Shown one piece after another: positions 1 to 13,180 of a DNA stretch of 64,000 nt. A model generated the notes under the pieces. The model did not search any database, was not told the DNA's origin, and was given only the letters and a program-made list of their open reading frames with translations. Position 1 is the first letter of the stretch; each line of letters begins with the position of its first letter. The position numbers and the translations under genes were made by a program. Source of the stretch: the human T2T-CHM13v2.0 reference genome, Homo sapiens. The stretch lies in the NCBI RefSeq assembly GCF_009914755.1, contig NC_060940.1. The stretch is one strand, 5' to 3'.

Positions 1-173
<173 letters not shown>

Positions 174-459
174 GTCATAGCTCTAAATATCATCGCTATA
201 TTTTCAGGCCTGATGACTCATCACAGCTGGAGGCCGACCGCATTGTGACTTCTCACCTGGATCTCTGTAGGGCATCTCAGACTTCTTGCTTTCAGGTGTA
301 ACTACCTTTCACAGTTGTCTTCATCTCATTAAATGGGTTCAACATCTGCCTTTTTTGGCTATGTTTTAGAAGTCATCTACATTCTTATTCTGTCGTTTCC
401 TACATGCAATGTATTGGTCTAACTCTAAAATATTTCCAGAATTACTCACTTACCTAAAT

Positions 460-835
460 ATATAGCCTTTTGCCTCTGATTCTTTTAAGGTAGCATAATG
501 TTTTTGAGGTTCATTCATATCGCAGCATACATCAGTATTTTTTTTCCTTTTTATTGCTGAATAGTGTTCTGTTTGTTCATTCAGTTGATGGGCATTGACT
601 GCTTTTACTTTTTGGCTATCAACAATAATGCTGCTGTAAAAATTTGCATACAAGCGTTTGTGTAGAAATACCTTTCTCTTTTCTAGGGTAGATTCTTGAG
701 AGTAGAATTCCTGAGGTGTATAACAAATGTACATATTTCTTTATTAAGAAGCTGCCAAACTGTTCTCCAAAGTAGCTATGCTGTTATATATCCCCACCAG
801 CAATGTATGACCTACATTCCCGCCAACCTTGTTAT
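460..835 (-). mobile_element. Old L1M (L1MB/ME-like) 3' fragment
   Basis: Antisense L1M 3' motifs: agcataatgtttttgaggttcattcat, ttattgctgaatagt, ctgccaaactgttctccaaagt, cccaccagcaatgtatga. Confidence 0.75.
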
Positions 836-2364
836 TTCTGATTCCAATTATTTGTGCTTTTATAAATTTCAAGTCAGTGAATTCTAATGGAAACCATGAA
901 TTCACATACCAAATGAATGGAATGTCTTGTGACATTGTGTTTCTACTGAGTTAAAGAATTTTAAAAAGTGGTAATTAATAGATAAAAGGAAATTATAAAT
1001 GGCTGGGTTGTAAGCAAGGACAACCATTGCGCAGCATAGCAAGTCAACTAAATCTTTCTGATCCAATGAGGTTTGCTCATTAGATTAAGTGAAAATGAAC
1101 TTGCTTCACTGTCACAATCACATGAATAGCTGGGTAGGTTTTCCAATAATCAAATGGTCCATCATTGGTCACACATCATAGATAGGGCTGGAATTAACCA
1201 TTGCAGAAAGTATAAGATCAAATACATGAAGCCAGTAATACAAAATAATACCAGACATTAACACCAGTCATCATAGAAAACTACACTCCTGAGAGATTTC
1301 ATTAGCTTCCAGGGAATACAGAACTGCGGAATACTTGCTCAAAGTAGAAAAAATATTGGGATGAAATGATTATCTTGGAAGTCATCAATTGTAGAACAAA
1401 GTAAGATTTCAAAATTATGGTTCAAAAATTTAAAAAGTTCTTAATTAAATATAGATATGTGTAGAATTAAGACTTCTTGACCATTTGTCATTGAAGGTGC
1501 AATTATACCTTAATGTCTACCTGGTAACTAGCTATTACTATTTTTTTAATGTACTCATCAGTGTGTTTTATTTAAGTTAATCATTAGCTTGAATTTGAAT
1601 TGAGGTCAGCTTAAATCTTAGAATAACTGATAGGTTCCTAATTAATTTCTACTTGAATTTTAAATCTAAAATATCTCGAATCTAAAATATATGCCTCAAG
1701 CAGAAATCCACTGGGTGCTAAATCTTGCTAGGAGATGTAGGAGACACATTTTGTTTAGAATGATAATAAAAAAACCAGTATATTTCAGGGTCTTCCAATA
1801 GCCATAACACATACAAATTATATAATAGAAATGTTAACTTATTGCAGATAAACAATGTAAGAGAAGTTAAAAGGTTGTTTACTTTTTATTTGGGAATATG
1901 ACACAAAGTTCGGGAGCATGATATGTGAATAAAAGGTAATTTTTTTTTTGGCAGAGGACAATTAAAGATCAATAGTGTATCCCCTTTCACACTGATATTG
2001 AAAAGAAAACAAAATAAGTTTTACCTCTTTATTTCCTGTGGATTTCTCTCCCCATCACGCTTTGTCACCCTCCTAACATACAATAAATATGTACTTTAGG
2101 ATATAAATGTAACACTTTATAAAGGCTTACCATATTCTAAAAGGCAAATATTTACATTAATAATAAACTCATAGAATGTTTTACTAAAATAGATTGAAAT
2201 CTCAGATTTGACAAAGTGTTAAATTATGCAAATAGTTCTTAATTCAACCGAATGTCATTGTGACATTTCCAACAACCCAAATAGTCTTTTAAGTAACTGT
2301 AAAGTCTACTGCTGCTCAACAAGGACTTACTATGTTTTTGGGTACTGTTGCTGAATGCTTTACG

Positions 2365-5300
2365 TTGCCTTTTTTTCATTCCAACATTTTAAGTTCATGG
2401 GGTACATGTACAGGTTTTTTACATGGGTAAATAATGTGTCACAGGAGCTTGGTATAGACTATTTCATCATCCAGATAATAATAAACATAGTTCCCAATAG
2501 GTAGTTTTTGAATCCTCACACTCCCATTCTTCACCCTCAAGTAGATCCCTGTGCCTGTTGTTCCCTTTGTGTCTATGTGTACTCAATATTTAGCTGCCAC
2601 TTATGTGAGAAAACATGTGGTATTTGATTTTCTGTTCCTGCTTTAGGTAGATGGAGCTGGAGACCATTATCCTATGTCCCTGCAAAGGACATGATTTAGT
2701 TCTTTTTATGGCCGCATAGTATTCCGTGGTATATATGTCCCACATTTTCTTTATCTAATCCACCCTTCATGGGCATCTAGGTTAGTTCCATGTCTTTGTA
2801 TTGTGAATAGTGCTGTGACGAACATATGCATGTATGTGGCTTTATGGTAGAATGATTTATATTCCTTTGGCAATATATGGTTAAATGGGGGTTCTGTTTT
2901 AAGTTCTTTGAGAAGGTTCCAAACTGCTTTCCACAGTGACAACTAATTTACATGCCCACCAGCAGTATACAAGCATTCTCTTTTCTCCATAACCTCACCA
3001 GCATCTGTTATTTTTTGGCTTCTTAAAAATAGCCATTCTGACACATGAAAGATGATATCTCATTGTGGTTTTGATTTGCATTTCTCTATTAGTGATAGTT
3101 TTTTAAATATAGTTGTTAACTGAATGTATATCTTTTGAGATGTTTCTGTTCATATCCTTTGCCCATTTTTTAACAGAGTTCTTTGGTTTTTGCTTGTTAA
3201 TTGAAGTTTCTTATAGATTTCTGGATATGAGATTTTTGTCAGATATGTAGTCTCATAATGTTTTCTCTCGTTCTGCAAGTTGTCTGTTGATAGTTTCTTT
3301 TGTTGTGCAGAACTCTTTAGTTTAATTAGGTGTATTTGTCAATTTTATTTTTGTTGCAGTTGCTTTCGGAGTCTAGTCATGAAATCGTTGCCAGGGCCTG
3401 TGTCTGGAATAGTATTTCCTAAGTCGTCTTCTAGGGATTTTATAGTTTTAGGTTTTACATATAAGTATTTAATCCATTTTGAGTTAATTTTTGTTAACAG
3501 TTTAAGGAAGGAGTCCAGTGTCAATTTTCTGTATATGGTTAGGCAGTTATCCCAGCACCATTTATTGAATTGGGGATTCCTTTCCCCATTACTTGTATCT
3601 GTTGACTTTGCCAAAGATTATATGGTTGGAGGTATGTAGCTGTACTTCCTGGGGTCTCTAACCCATTTCATTCGTCTACGTATCTGGTTTTCGTACCAGT
3701 ACCACGCTGTCTTGGTTACTGTAGCCTTGTATAGTTTGCAGATGGGTAGTGCAGTGCTTCTGGCTTTGTTCTTTTTGCTAAAATTGCTTTGACTATTCAG
3801 GCTCTTCTTAAAATTTATAAGTTGTTTTGGACAGTATGACCATTTTCACAACAGTGATTCTTCCTATTTATGAGCACTGAATGTTTTTCCATTTGTTTGT
3901 GTCACCTATGATTTTTTTAAGTTTTTAAATTATTGTAGAGATCTTTCATCTCTCGGATTAGCTGAATTCCTGGATACCTTATTCTTTTTGTGGCTATTGT
4001 GATTGAGATTGTGTTCTTTATTTGGTTCTCAGCCTAGATGTTGTTGGGTTATAGAAATGCAACTGATTTTTGTACATTGACTTTATATCCTGAAACTTCA
4101 CTGAAGTTGTCTTTCAAATCTAGGATCCTTTGGGAATAGACTATGGAGTTTTCTTGATATGAAACCATATCTGTGAAGACAGTTGAACTTCCTCTCTTCC
4201 TATTTGGGTGCTTTTTCTTTCTTTCTCTCGCCTGATTGCTCTGGCTAGGACTTCTAGTACTGTATTGAATAAGAGCGGTGAGAGTAGGTGTACTTGTCTT
4301 GTTCCAGCTCTCCAGCAGAATGCTTCCAACTCTTGCCTATTTAGTATGATGTTGGCTGTGGGTTCGTTCTAGATGGCTTTTATTATTTTGAAGTATGATC
4401 CTTCAATGTCTAGTTTATTGAGCCTTTTAACGTGAAGGGATGTTGAATTTTATTAAAAGCCTTTTCTGAGTCTATTGAGATAATCATGTGGTTTTTATTC
4501 TTTATTTTATGTGATGAATCACATTTATTGACTTGTATATATTGAATTAACTTTGCCTCCCAGGATTAAAGCCTACTTAATTATGGTGGATTAGCTTTTT
4601 GATGTGATGCTGGATTCAGTGTGCTGGTAATTTTATTGAGGATTTTTTTATCTACTTTCATCAGGCATATTGTTCTGAAGATTTCTTTTTTTGTTTTGTC
4701 TCTGCCAGGCGTTGGTATCAGAATGATGCTGGCCTCATAGGAGTCCCTCTTCCTCAGTTTTTTGGAATAGTTTCAGTAGGATTGATACCAGCTGTTACTT
4801 ACACACGTGGTAGAATTCAGCTGTGAATCTGGTCCAGGGCTTTTTCTGGTTGTTAGGCTTTTTATTACTGATTGAAATGCAGAACTCGTTATTGGTCTGT
4901 TCTGGGTTTTAGTTTCATCCTGGTTCAATCTTGGGAGGCTGTATGCTTTCAGGAATGTATCCATTTCTTCTAGGTTTTCTAGTTTGTGTGCGTAGAGGTT
5001 TTTCTCATACTCTGAGGGTTTTTTCTTTTTCTATATTTAAAATGCGGTCAGTGGTAATGTCCCCTTTGTCAGTTCTGATTGTATTGTATCTTCTCTTTTT
5101 TTTTTTAGTCTAGCGAGTCATCTATCAATCTTATTTATTCTTTAAAAAAAACCCAACTTTTGGTTTCATTGTGTAATTCCATTCCAAAAGTTTTTGTATG
5201 ATTTCTTTGCACCTCAATTTGATTCAGTTTAGCTTTTATTTTGGTTTTTTTTTTTTTCATCTGCTAGCTTTGGAGTCGGAGTTGCTTTGCTCTTGTCTTT

Positions 5301-6930
5301 CTATTCCTTGAGGTGTGATGTTAGGTTAATTTTGATCTATTTTTTGACATGGGAGTTCAGGGCTGTCAACTTTGCTCCTAACACCACTTTAGTGTCCCAG
5401 AGATTCTAGTCTTTCATATTTTTTTCATTAGTTCCAAAGAATGTCTTAATTTCTGCCTTAATTTGTTTGTATATCCAGAAGTTATTCTGGAAGAGGTCGT
5501 TTTATTTCCATGCAATTGTACAGTTTTAAGAGATCTTCTTTATATTGATATCTTCTTGTATTGCACTGTGATCCTAAAGTATGGTTGGTGTGATTTCACT
5601 TTTTTTAATTTGCTTGGAATTGTTTCATGGTCCGTGTTGGAGAAAGTGCCATGTGCAGATGAGAAGAATGCATATTTTGTTGTTGCGGAGTGGAATGTTC
5701 TATAGATGTCTGTTGGACTGTTGGATCAAAAGTCGAGTTTAGATCCCTAATATCTTGGTTTTTGCCTCAATTATCTAATATTGTCAGTGGAGTATTGAGG
5801 TCTCCCATTATTATTGTGTGATTATCTAAGTGTTTTTGTAGGTCTCTAAGAACTTACTTGATGAAACTGGGTGCTCTGATGTTGTGTGCATATATATTTA
5901 AGATTAAGTCTTGTCGAATTGAACCATTTATCATTATGTAATGCTCTGTCTTTTTTGATCACCGTTGGTTTAAAGTCTGTTTTGTCTGAAATTAGAATAG
6001 CAACCTGTCTCTTGTTTTCTGTTGCTTGATATATTTTTCTCCATCCCTTTACTTTGAGCCTCTGGGTGTCATTGCATTTGAGATGGTTCTCTTAAAACAG
6101 CGTACAGTTGGGTCTTGCTTCTTTATGCAACTAGCCACTCTATGCCTTTCAATTGGGGTGTGTATTTACATTCAAGATATTGATATGAGGATTTGATACT
6201 ATAATTTTCTTGTTACTTGGTTGTAATGTAGACTTAATCTTGCATTTGCTTCATAAATTTAATAGTTGATGTACTTCAGTATGTTTTTGTGTTGGCTAGT
6301 AATGGTGTTTTGTTTGGTCTTTTGTTTCCATGTTGAGCACTCTGTAAGAGGCAGATCTGGTGGTAACAAATTGCCTCAGCATTTGCTTATCTGAAAAGGA
6401 TTTTATTTATCCTTCGCTTATGATGCTTGTTTTAGCTGGATATGAAATTCTTGGTTTGAATTTTTTTTAAGGTTGCTGAGTGCAGGCCCCCAGTCTCTTC
6501 TGGCTTGTAGGATTTCTGCTGAAAGGTACACTGATAACCTGATGAGGTTTTCTTTTATAGGTGACCTACCCCTTCTCCCTAGCTGCCTTTAATATTTTTT
6601 TTCTTCTGCATTTTCCTTGGAGAATCTCATGACTACGTGTATTGGGGATGGTCCTCTGACACAGTGCCTTGTAGGGGTTCTCCAAGTTGGGGAATTTGAA
6701 TATTGACCTCTCTAGCAAGATTGGGGAAATTTTCATGGACAATATCCTCAAATATATTTTCCAAGTTGCTTGCTCTCTCCCTCTTTCATGGACATCAATG
6801 AGTTGCAGGTTTGGCTTATTTACATAATCCTGTTTCCTGGCAGTTTTTTCTTTTTTTTGTCTGAATGAATTGATTCAAAGAACTGGTATTCAAACTCTAA
6901 GGTTCTTTTCTCAGCTTGGTCTATTCTGTA
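2365..6930 (-). mobile_element. 5'-truncated LINE-1 (old L1PA13-16/L1PB class): 3'UTR, decayed ORF2 and 3' part of ORF1
   Basis: Continuous antisense L1 similarity; ORF fragments with L1 peptides (FNKWCWDN...[41 protein letters not shown]); many stops and frameshifts. Confidence 0.93.
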
Positions 6931-8596
6931 TAGACCCACATATATGTATATATTTCATCCAGCTTGCCTACAGTAAGTCCACACCTTGTCTGAGAAAGGG
7001 TCATAATCACTTGGGATATTGTCCGATATGTATATAATATAAAACAAGCAGAGAGTATGTTTATAAGTACATCATAGTGGCATGCTAGTTCCTAGACTCA
7101 TTCCCAGAAGTAAGACAATAGATGTCGCTGTCAAAGTTGCTAGTAAATGCTCATTTTTTCTAGAAATCTTGATACAGATATATTAGTGCTGATGGCTCTT
7201 CCAAACTTCACCCATGGAAACATACATTTCAGGTGTAATGTAAATGAGCTACTGAAGAGATTCAACAACTCTCCATGCGTCTTTCTGGTCCACCATCTTT
7301 GAGGTTTGTGATAAATGCATTACAGTGAAGGTAAAACCAGGCTCTGGGAATACCATGCATTTTTGATTAAAATATATTTTTCAGCAAGGTATTAGCTGGG
7401 ATAATTTTATGTGGTACTTCCACTTTGGATTAATCTGATTTTTGTGGGATTTCTATGATAAATACAAAGGGCAGATGGAAATTGGACAGGAGTTTTCATC
7501 CTTTGGCACAAAAATCAATAGTGTGGTAGTCACACTGTAAACTATAACAACAGGTCGATCGCACATTTTCACTCAGGAAAGCTCCCAGAAAATCTGAGAT
7601 CCTGGATGAGGAAAGGGAACTCAAAAATATGTCTAAGATTTCATTTCTAGAGAATCCTGGCAGGTAGCATCACAGACCCAGTTTTAAAATGATTAGAGGA
7701 GTTATTACAGCATTTGGTCTATAATATTATCTTGGAAAAACTTTTCTAATAAAGATAGCTCATTAAGTGCTAAGAAACACATTAAATGTGTAGCTTTTCA
7801 AGGAAAAGCAATGAAACTCAGCACTGGAAGCAGTTATTCAGTTCTTTAGTTATTGTGATCGTAGGCACAAAAGCAATTAGGTCAAAACATATTTCAGCTG
7901 CCTTCAGAGCATGACAAAATTAAAGTCTCTAATTTGCATCTGAATATTATTCACTGAATTGTAATGTTTTCAAGAAACTATTCCTTGAAGAGAAGATAAA
8001 TAGATACAAATTGAGATGTGGGATATTGGTATATATGTGTATAGATGAGTTGTGATCTATGTAACTGATCAGTTCCTGATCAGTTATGAAATGAGAAGTG
8101 AACATCATAATTCTTTTCTGATTTTAGGTTTAATATGTGACCAAAGGGGAGGTTCATTGTAGGATGTATGTTTAATGTAAACCTTTACAAAGCAATACTG
8201 ATAATATATACAAATCCTATTATGCCCTCCTTAGGATTATACAGTTGAAGGATAATGGTTAAGGAGAGCTTTGGAATATATTACCTAAGTTTTGTTGCAG
8301 ATACTTTAAGTGGTGGTTGGCTCTCAATATGTGATTGGTGGATATTCCTTGTTTCCATTTAATTTTTCCAAATAGAACTATAACTAATCAATACAACTGA
8401 GCAGACAACAGTTTAGATAATAACAGTGTATTATCACTGGTAGAAAAATAAATGTAAGATGGAAGTTTCAAGAATGCATTCATCCCACCAGCCTTTCTCT
8501 AGGAAATGTGTCTAGTCCCTTGTATTTTTGGTCATGTACTTGGCCTTCAGGCAGCTAATACTCTTTCTCTGAGAAAAAGTGTGCACTCTTAAATGT

Positions 8597-8640
8597 GCAC
8601 ACACACATGCACACACACACACATGCACACACACACACAT
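8597..8640. repeat. Interrupted (CA)n microsatellite
   Basis: gcacacacacatgcacacacacacacatgcacacacacacacat. Confidence 0.9.
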
Positions 8641-8872
8641 CTTAATGACCAAATGGAAAAAGAGGGAGAAAAAGATACTTGCCAAAAAGTTACACTGCAC
8701 TTTAATATCAGTAAGACAACCAGTGGTACTACGAGCCTGGCTGTCATGGAAGACAAGTCTTAAAAGGTGTTTTTCTCCAACACCCCTCAATCATTTTCTG
8801 GACATTGTCTTGGGGGAAATAGGGAAGTGAAGTTATAGAGGGATGAGGTGGTCACATCAAAAAGAAAGTACC

Positions 8873-9502
<630 letters not shown>

Positions 9503-9716
9503 GTACCAGATTCTTGCCTTTGACTTACTTCTTGGCAAAACTTTGTCCTCCTAAAATGCAAAGCCCTTTTCCTAACCATTTTCTTCCGCTATACAACTTA
9601 AAAGAAAACGTTAAAAGTCCAAACCCTTTGCCCCCCAAACTTTGTTTTATTATGTAAATTGAGTCTTCTTGGTATTTGTATGAAGACCAGATACAAGCTT
9701 CTGTGAGGTCTGAACA

Positions 9717-9850
9717 TTATTATTATTATTTTTTTTTAAGAGACAGGGTCTCCCCATGTTGCCCAAGCTGGTCTGGAACTCATAGGCTTAGGCAATCCTT
9801 CCACCTTTGCCTCCCAAATTGCTGGGAACACAGGTGTAAGCCAAAGTATC
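9717..9850 (-). mobile_element. Alu monomer (FLAM-like)
   Basis: (att)n/T tail then agagacagggtctccccatgttgcccaagctggtctggaactc...gcctcccaaattgctggga. Confidence 0.8.
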
Positions 9851-11569
9851 CACCAACCTTTTTCTGTTCCCAGATAATTTATAGTCTACCAGGATTCACA
9901 AAGTAAACAGCCCTTCACATACAATGCACTTTTTTACTCAAGGTCCGAAATGAGATGAGTGAAAGAGTTCCTTTTATTTTATTCAGTGGTTTTTTATTTA
10001 ATCCTCACCATCCCAGCATCAAAACACACAAGCACAGACACACGTTTCTACTTTTATACATCTCTGCTGTTTCTCCCTATTTATTACTTTTCTCCTTTTC
10101 CCATTGGGTTTGTAGGGTCTGATGGCAGAGCAGGAGGTGGTGGTGAGAGCTAATCAGTAAACCCCAAATATCAGCTCCATAGACCTGGCTTCAATATAGA
10201 TGCTTTCTTCTCAAAATGGCTAAACAAACACACAAATTCGTATCTTTTAACGATTCCTCCCCTTTCAGAGTTATGCTTAGAATACAGAGGCCAACACAAT
10301 TTATTTTAAAACTGATATCTATTTGTCTCTTTTGCCCACCACAATATGAATCATAAAATCTGATGAGGTGATTACTTTTGTGAAAAGTACATGACACACA
10401 TTTATTGTTGAAAAATAATCTGATTTTTCTCAGCCAAAACCTGAATAAATATAATGAGTATCTGCGAAAATAATAACAAAAATTTTATTGATTTATAAAC
10501 TGTACACAAAAATAAGCAAAGGGATAAAGCTTTTTTTTAAAACCTGAAGAGCCCCCCCCAAATCTCTAGGAAACATTTTAAAATAGTCCTTCTGATTTTA
10601 ACAAAACAAGCCATTTCATTTTTTTTCCTCCTAATTTCAAAATGCCTACGGTCTCATTAGTTCCATTTTTGGTGCTCTATTTTTGGAGCTGTGATGAAAG
10701 CTATTTCACATCTTTAAGATTTGATAGTGCAGAAATAACGATCTCTGCACCCCAGATAATTTAAAATGGAAGTCCCATTGGCAGTTCTGGGAGTGAAGAA
10801 GAGAAGCCATATGCACAAGCATACTCTATTGAGCCCCCAGCAAACTTGTCAGAGTCTTGAAAAGCACTGGAGGTAGAAGTTCCTGGTAAAGCTATGTTTT
10901 GGTTTGACTCTATCTAATTTTATTCTATGCCAATGTAGGAGAAACCATGAAAAAAATATGGGTCTACTTGATTTTGACAGCTCCTTGTAATTCTGATGGG
11001 CTGGCTTTAGATAAACAACTTCATCTACCTATAAACTAACATTTAACTTAAATACATTTCCATAGTAAAAGAACATAAGGGTGAATCTCCCTAATGGCTT
11101 CTGAGGGCTTCATTATGCTGATGACTGTTCCCAAATGCTTGTCAGCAGTAATTACCCATGTCACAGCTGACATTGCCACACAGAGGACAGAGGGAATGAC
11201 CTGAGATTCTCCATGACATTGTTCTGAGGAATAAGGAGCTCAACTCAGTTTGGTTTTGTTAGATTTTCCAGCTAATGTTAACCAGAAATTTCAGGCAGGA
11301 ATGAGGGCATAGGCAGAGAAGATAGTAACATTTTAAAGTAATAGTATTAACTTTTTAAATCCCTTGCAGTACCCCACATCACCGTTGTAGGACCCATCTT
11401 AGGCACCCATTGTCGTGGGCTCCTCCACCCAATGTTCTCGCACTTCCTCAATGCTTCTTACCTGCCTAGATATCTCAGTCCGCATTCTGTCCTCATTCTT
11501 CCCTGACAGTACTCCAGACTCAACTTCCAAATTTGTGTGCAACTTCTACATCATAAATCTTATATTAAA

Positions 11570-11710
11570 ATATTTATTCCCCTTAGTATATCCATAGCTA
11601 TCAACTTGCTAATATTCCTTGAAGTTGGGGTTCTTATCTATTTACTTTATCCCCAGTATGTGAAATGGTATGTGATGATCACTGCTCAAAAAATATAACA
11701 TTGAATAATT
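11570..11710 (+). mobile_element. L2 3' end fragment
   Basis: ttccttgaag...tatccccagta...tgctcaaaaaatat...ttgaataa resembles the L2 terminus. Confidence 0.5.
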
Positions 11711-12983
11711 TTTCAGATATTCCAAAGTTAATGAAAATCTCTGAAGGTCTTGAACCATTGTGAGGCCAGAACATTCCTCCAACCATCCAGTGATAATGCC
11801 CTGAACCAGCCTAGTGGGATTCGAAATAAAAGGAAAGATCGAAGATACAGTTTTGATTATTACTTGATTGAGACAGGAAAGAAAGGGCTGAAAATAGAGA
11901 TAGTATCACTGAGCTTTGAATGTTGAGGGAATAAAAATAGGATAAACAGAGTAAGAATAATCAGATTAAACCTGATGCTGTTCAAAACCACATCATGTCG
12001 TTATGACATTTGTATCCTAATTTATACACTGGTCCACTAGGAATGTATTCTGTTACACATAATTTTTCATTGGGTTTTGCCCTTTGGGTTCAGGAACTGA
12101 ATGAAGTTTAGCTGAGGAAGCTGCCCAACTTTCTGCAAAGGGCTACTAGGTGGGTAGCAAAGCTCTGTGCAGCAAGATAAGAGTGTTGAAATCATAAAGA
12201 GAAGGCTTGGTGATGGCTGGCCTGGGAGCCCTAACTTTCATTAAGCATGGCTGATTTTGGAACCTAGGCCTGGAGCACAAAGAGGGAGGACTAAGGCAAA
12301 TGTGATTATTCTAACATTTTATTTCCTTTTCTGACCTAAACAGTGGTCACTGGCAAACATGCACATGAAATGATTTTTTGAGAAGCACACCTGCTATCAC
12401 AATAGCTCCCTGACCCCAATGACACGATCACCTTCAAAGAGATGAATCCATCAGCAGCACAACCCACCTTCGCTGATGTGGTATTGTATACACCCATAAA
12501 TATAGGTCACATCTAACTCTTAATCAAAGATAAAAGCAAATAGGAAAGAAAAGCTTCAGATTTTGCAAGATCTGACTTCGGATCAACACCACAGATTATT
12601 TTATGGAAGGCATGGGTTAAGAGTTCTCCTTTTATCTCTGTGCTTAGTTGGGCTTGTTACCTTCTTCAAAGAACGTGGGTAACATTCATCTCAAGCTTTT
12701 CTATCAACCTGCTTTGAGAGAAAAAGGGCAGCTGAGTTAGTGCTAAATTGGCTCAAGTTTAGGCCCCAGTCAAACATAACAGTTGTTGTTCTTGAAAATT
12801 TAATTTCTAAAGCAGCAGGTTTCTGGGCGAGACGGCTCTTAATCCAAAGTGGATTCCCTCATGTGGTTCTTGTGTTTGGCCTTCAATTATTTGCTCTGGA
12901 AGCCTCAATTTGTGGAGAATGGTACCTGATGTCGTGCAATTCACAGAACCTCAAGTTGATCTTAAAATGGTTTAAACAAAAGA

Positions 12984-13180
12984 TCTCTCTGTCTCTCTGT
13001 CTCTGTCTCTCTGTCTCTCTGTTTCTCTCTCTGTCTCTCTCTCTGTCTCTCGCTCTGTCTCTCGCTCTGTCTCTGTCTCTCACTCTGTCTCTGTCTCTCG
13101 CTCTGTGTCTCTGTCTCTGTGTCTGTCTCTGTCTCTTTCTCTCTGTCTCTGTCTCTCTCTCTCTCTCTCTATATATATAT
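12984..13180. repeat. Compound (TC)n/(TCTCTG)n polypyrimidine microsatellite followed by (TA)n
   Basis: ~187 bp almost entirely T/C with periodic G, then atatatatat. Confidence 0.95.

Noticed and set aside
8062-8086. Short palindromes (taactgatcag-ttc-ctgatcagtta; also 27631-27646, 37833-37850, 59861-59876)
   Set aside because: Arms of 8-11 bp in AT-rich DNA; a few are expected by chance or slippage and none has supporting context
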